Assembly (NCBI GenBank): GCA_054600435.1
Contig: BAAIJX010000001.1
Location: forward strand, 248,001-312,000
Reading direction: 5' to 3'
Length of the DNA stretch: 64,000 nucleotides
Source of the DNA: Neophaeotheca triangularis
Lineage: Eukaryota
Part shown: piece after piece, positions 62,303-64,000 of the stretch
Layout: each line of letters begins with the position of its first letter
How positions within the stretch are numbered: position 1 is the first letter of the stretch
The notes under the pieces: generated by a model
Told to the model about the DNA's origin: nothing
Seen by the model: the letters and a program-made list of their open reading frames with translations, nothing else
Databases searched by the model: none
Made by a program: the position numbers and the translations under genes

Positions 62303-64000
62303 GTTGAGAGAAGCTACTTTTATCGAGACTCAATAAGGTGAATGGGTAAAGTGCCGATGGGGTAGGAAGGGTAGGTAAGATAGTAGGGTAAAGGGTGCAG
62401 GTGAGGTGTTGTCTTCTTGTTGAAGAGACGCTGCCCGCATCATACCCCAGCCCCGCCAGATTCGTCAGGGTCCAGTGCTGAGCCAGTGAGCATCCATGGT
62501 TCCAAGTATGACTACCTCCACTACTAAGGTATTGTGTACATAGTGAAGATCAAGTGGGCAGGGCAGTGAAAGCGGCAAAGATGGCATCAGGCGAGTACAA
62601 TTCGAAGGTGGCGACGTCTAATAAAGACAAGTACCTACATGTAAGAGATGAGCCGCAGCCACAGATGCACTGCCTCGAGGCTTTCGTCACTTGCAGACGG
62701 GACTCCAGACACAAGTCGAGCCTCCTTACCTCCTGGTTACATACCTAGTACCTAACCTCCTACAAGGCACAAGGTACGTAAGGAGGTAAGTTACCTAGAG
62801 GTTAGGAGGCGAGGGAGGCTAGGTAGTTGGTAGGTAACATGGCCTGCCTGCACCGTATGCTCCGAGTCTCGACCAAATTTCTCACATGACTTCGACTTTC
62901 TTCAGCCTCATCTCAGCGGCACAATATAGATATTCCCTTCTACTAGTCGACCACGAAGGTATCAATGCACACGCTGTTCGTAAATTGGTCAAAGCCTCCA
63001 ACCCGGAACAAATTGCTCCCATGGGCCGGCCATTGCCTCCTAGGCTCCTACCACCCCTTACTACCTCCTACTTCGTAGTAATTATAATTATTCGTCATGG
63101 TGCGCTCCATGTTGACGAGACCTATTACTTTTCTAAATTGCCTACTACTACCATATACCAGGGGCCATGGCCATGGGAATCTGGCCCACCATAACACACA
63201 GTTACACACTTCAGTATTCATCGCCGGGCTGTCAACAATCGCGTACGAGGCTGTCGCTCTGTCCGGAACAGCTGTTTCACCTCTGAAACTGCCGTCCACG
63301 ATGCTAAAACTCTCTACCGCTGCACATTCAATCGATACTTTCGTTCCGGTCATGAATGTGCAACGTCTCCCGCTCGGTATCTACGCGGCCCAAAAGCATC
63401 GGCGCTTGAGATGATGCCCGGGCTGTCAACTGTCACACGAAACCGCCAATCCGGCCAGCATGGTCGTGCATGGGCCTTCCAACCACTAGTACTTACTACG
63501 AGCTGGTAATATCGCGGCGGTGATCTCCCAACCTGTTGGTATATGGGTAACCCTGCTCATACGGCCAAAAAACTCATCAGCCTCACCCGCCCCGCCCATG
63601 CCCGCTCTCCGGTCATACTTCAAGGAGCAACTCGCCCTTGGGCTGTCAAACTTGCACCGTGGTCCATGCAATGTGTAAAGCCTCGACACGAACTCGACGA
63701 GTCGCCTTTCTTTTTCTTACACAACAGGTAGCTGGCACTACCCTCTGGGCCCTTGCCCACTTTCACCACAAAATCTACATTTCTTTCCCCCTCTTTTCCT
63801 GTCTATCCTTTGTGCAGTTAGAAACTCCTTGTGTGTCGACTTTTCGGATTATTCCATCTGCGTTTTGGGTTAACCTTTGGACTCTGGGCCTTCGGACTCA
63901 TGCATTGATCCGTTTGCTACTCTCTACCCTGGTACTAATAGTTCTTTACTACTTCGCTGAAAGCTCTCGAGTCAGAATCAGCGCAGCCTCTGCGTTCTCA

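Overview
Gene-dense nuclear DNA of a filamentous ascomycete. Short GT-AG introns with CTRAC branch sites and the gene set point to Pezizomycotina; Dothideomycetes is my inference. I can support 22 protein-coding genes: FBA1 (partial), RPC4/RPC53, DAK1, a DUF4604-like gene, a KTR/GT15 mannosyltransferase, SmD2, an Ams2/Spt21 GATA factor, a PTS1 thioesterase, a DUF1308-like gene, SRP9/21, an Adr1/AmdX-like C2H2 factor, DUG3, RPA3, an arylsulfotransferase, LCB2, a secreted GDPD, TAF14, YRB1, FMP27/BLTP2, CSN5, a type I DnaJ and mitochondrial GluRS. There is also a prion-like/glycine-zipper protein gene and an intron-containing tRNA-Asp(GTC). Exon joins were reconstructed by hand and, for every complete gene, sum to whole codons. 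I see no intact transposon, CRISPR array or secondary-metabolite cluster. The most interesting signals are at the regulatory level: (1) a cryptic intron at the RPC4 C-terminus that would switch between a normal-length subunit and a 269-aa acidic extension; (2) an SmD2 first intron with competing acceptors and a duplicated in-frame start, a candidate splicing-feedback switch; (3) a Sup35-like Q/Y/G domain joined to a glycine zipper by an intron whose donor overlaps a stop codon; (4) recurrent orientation-independent C-rich to G-rich skew switches; (5) intergenic TAG/TAA/TAGG arrays that look like CpA-to-TpA-mutated microsatellites. All five are hypotheses from sequence alone.
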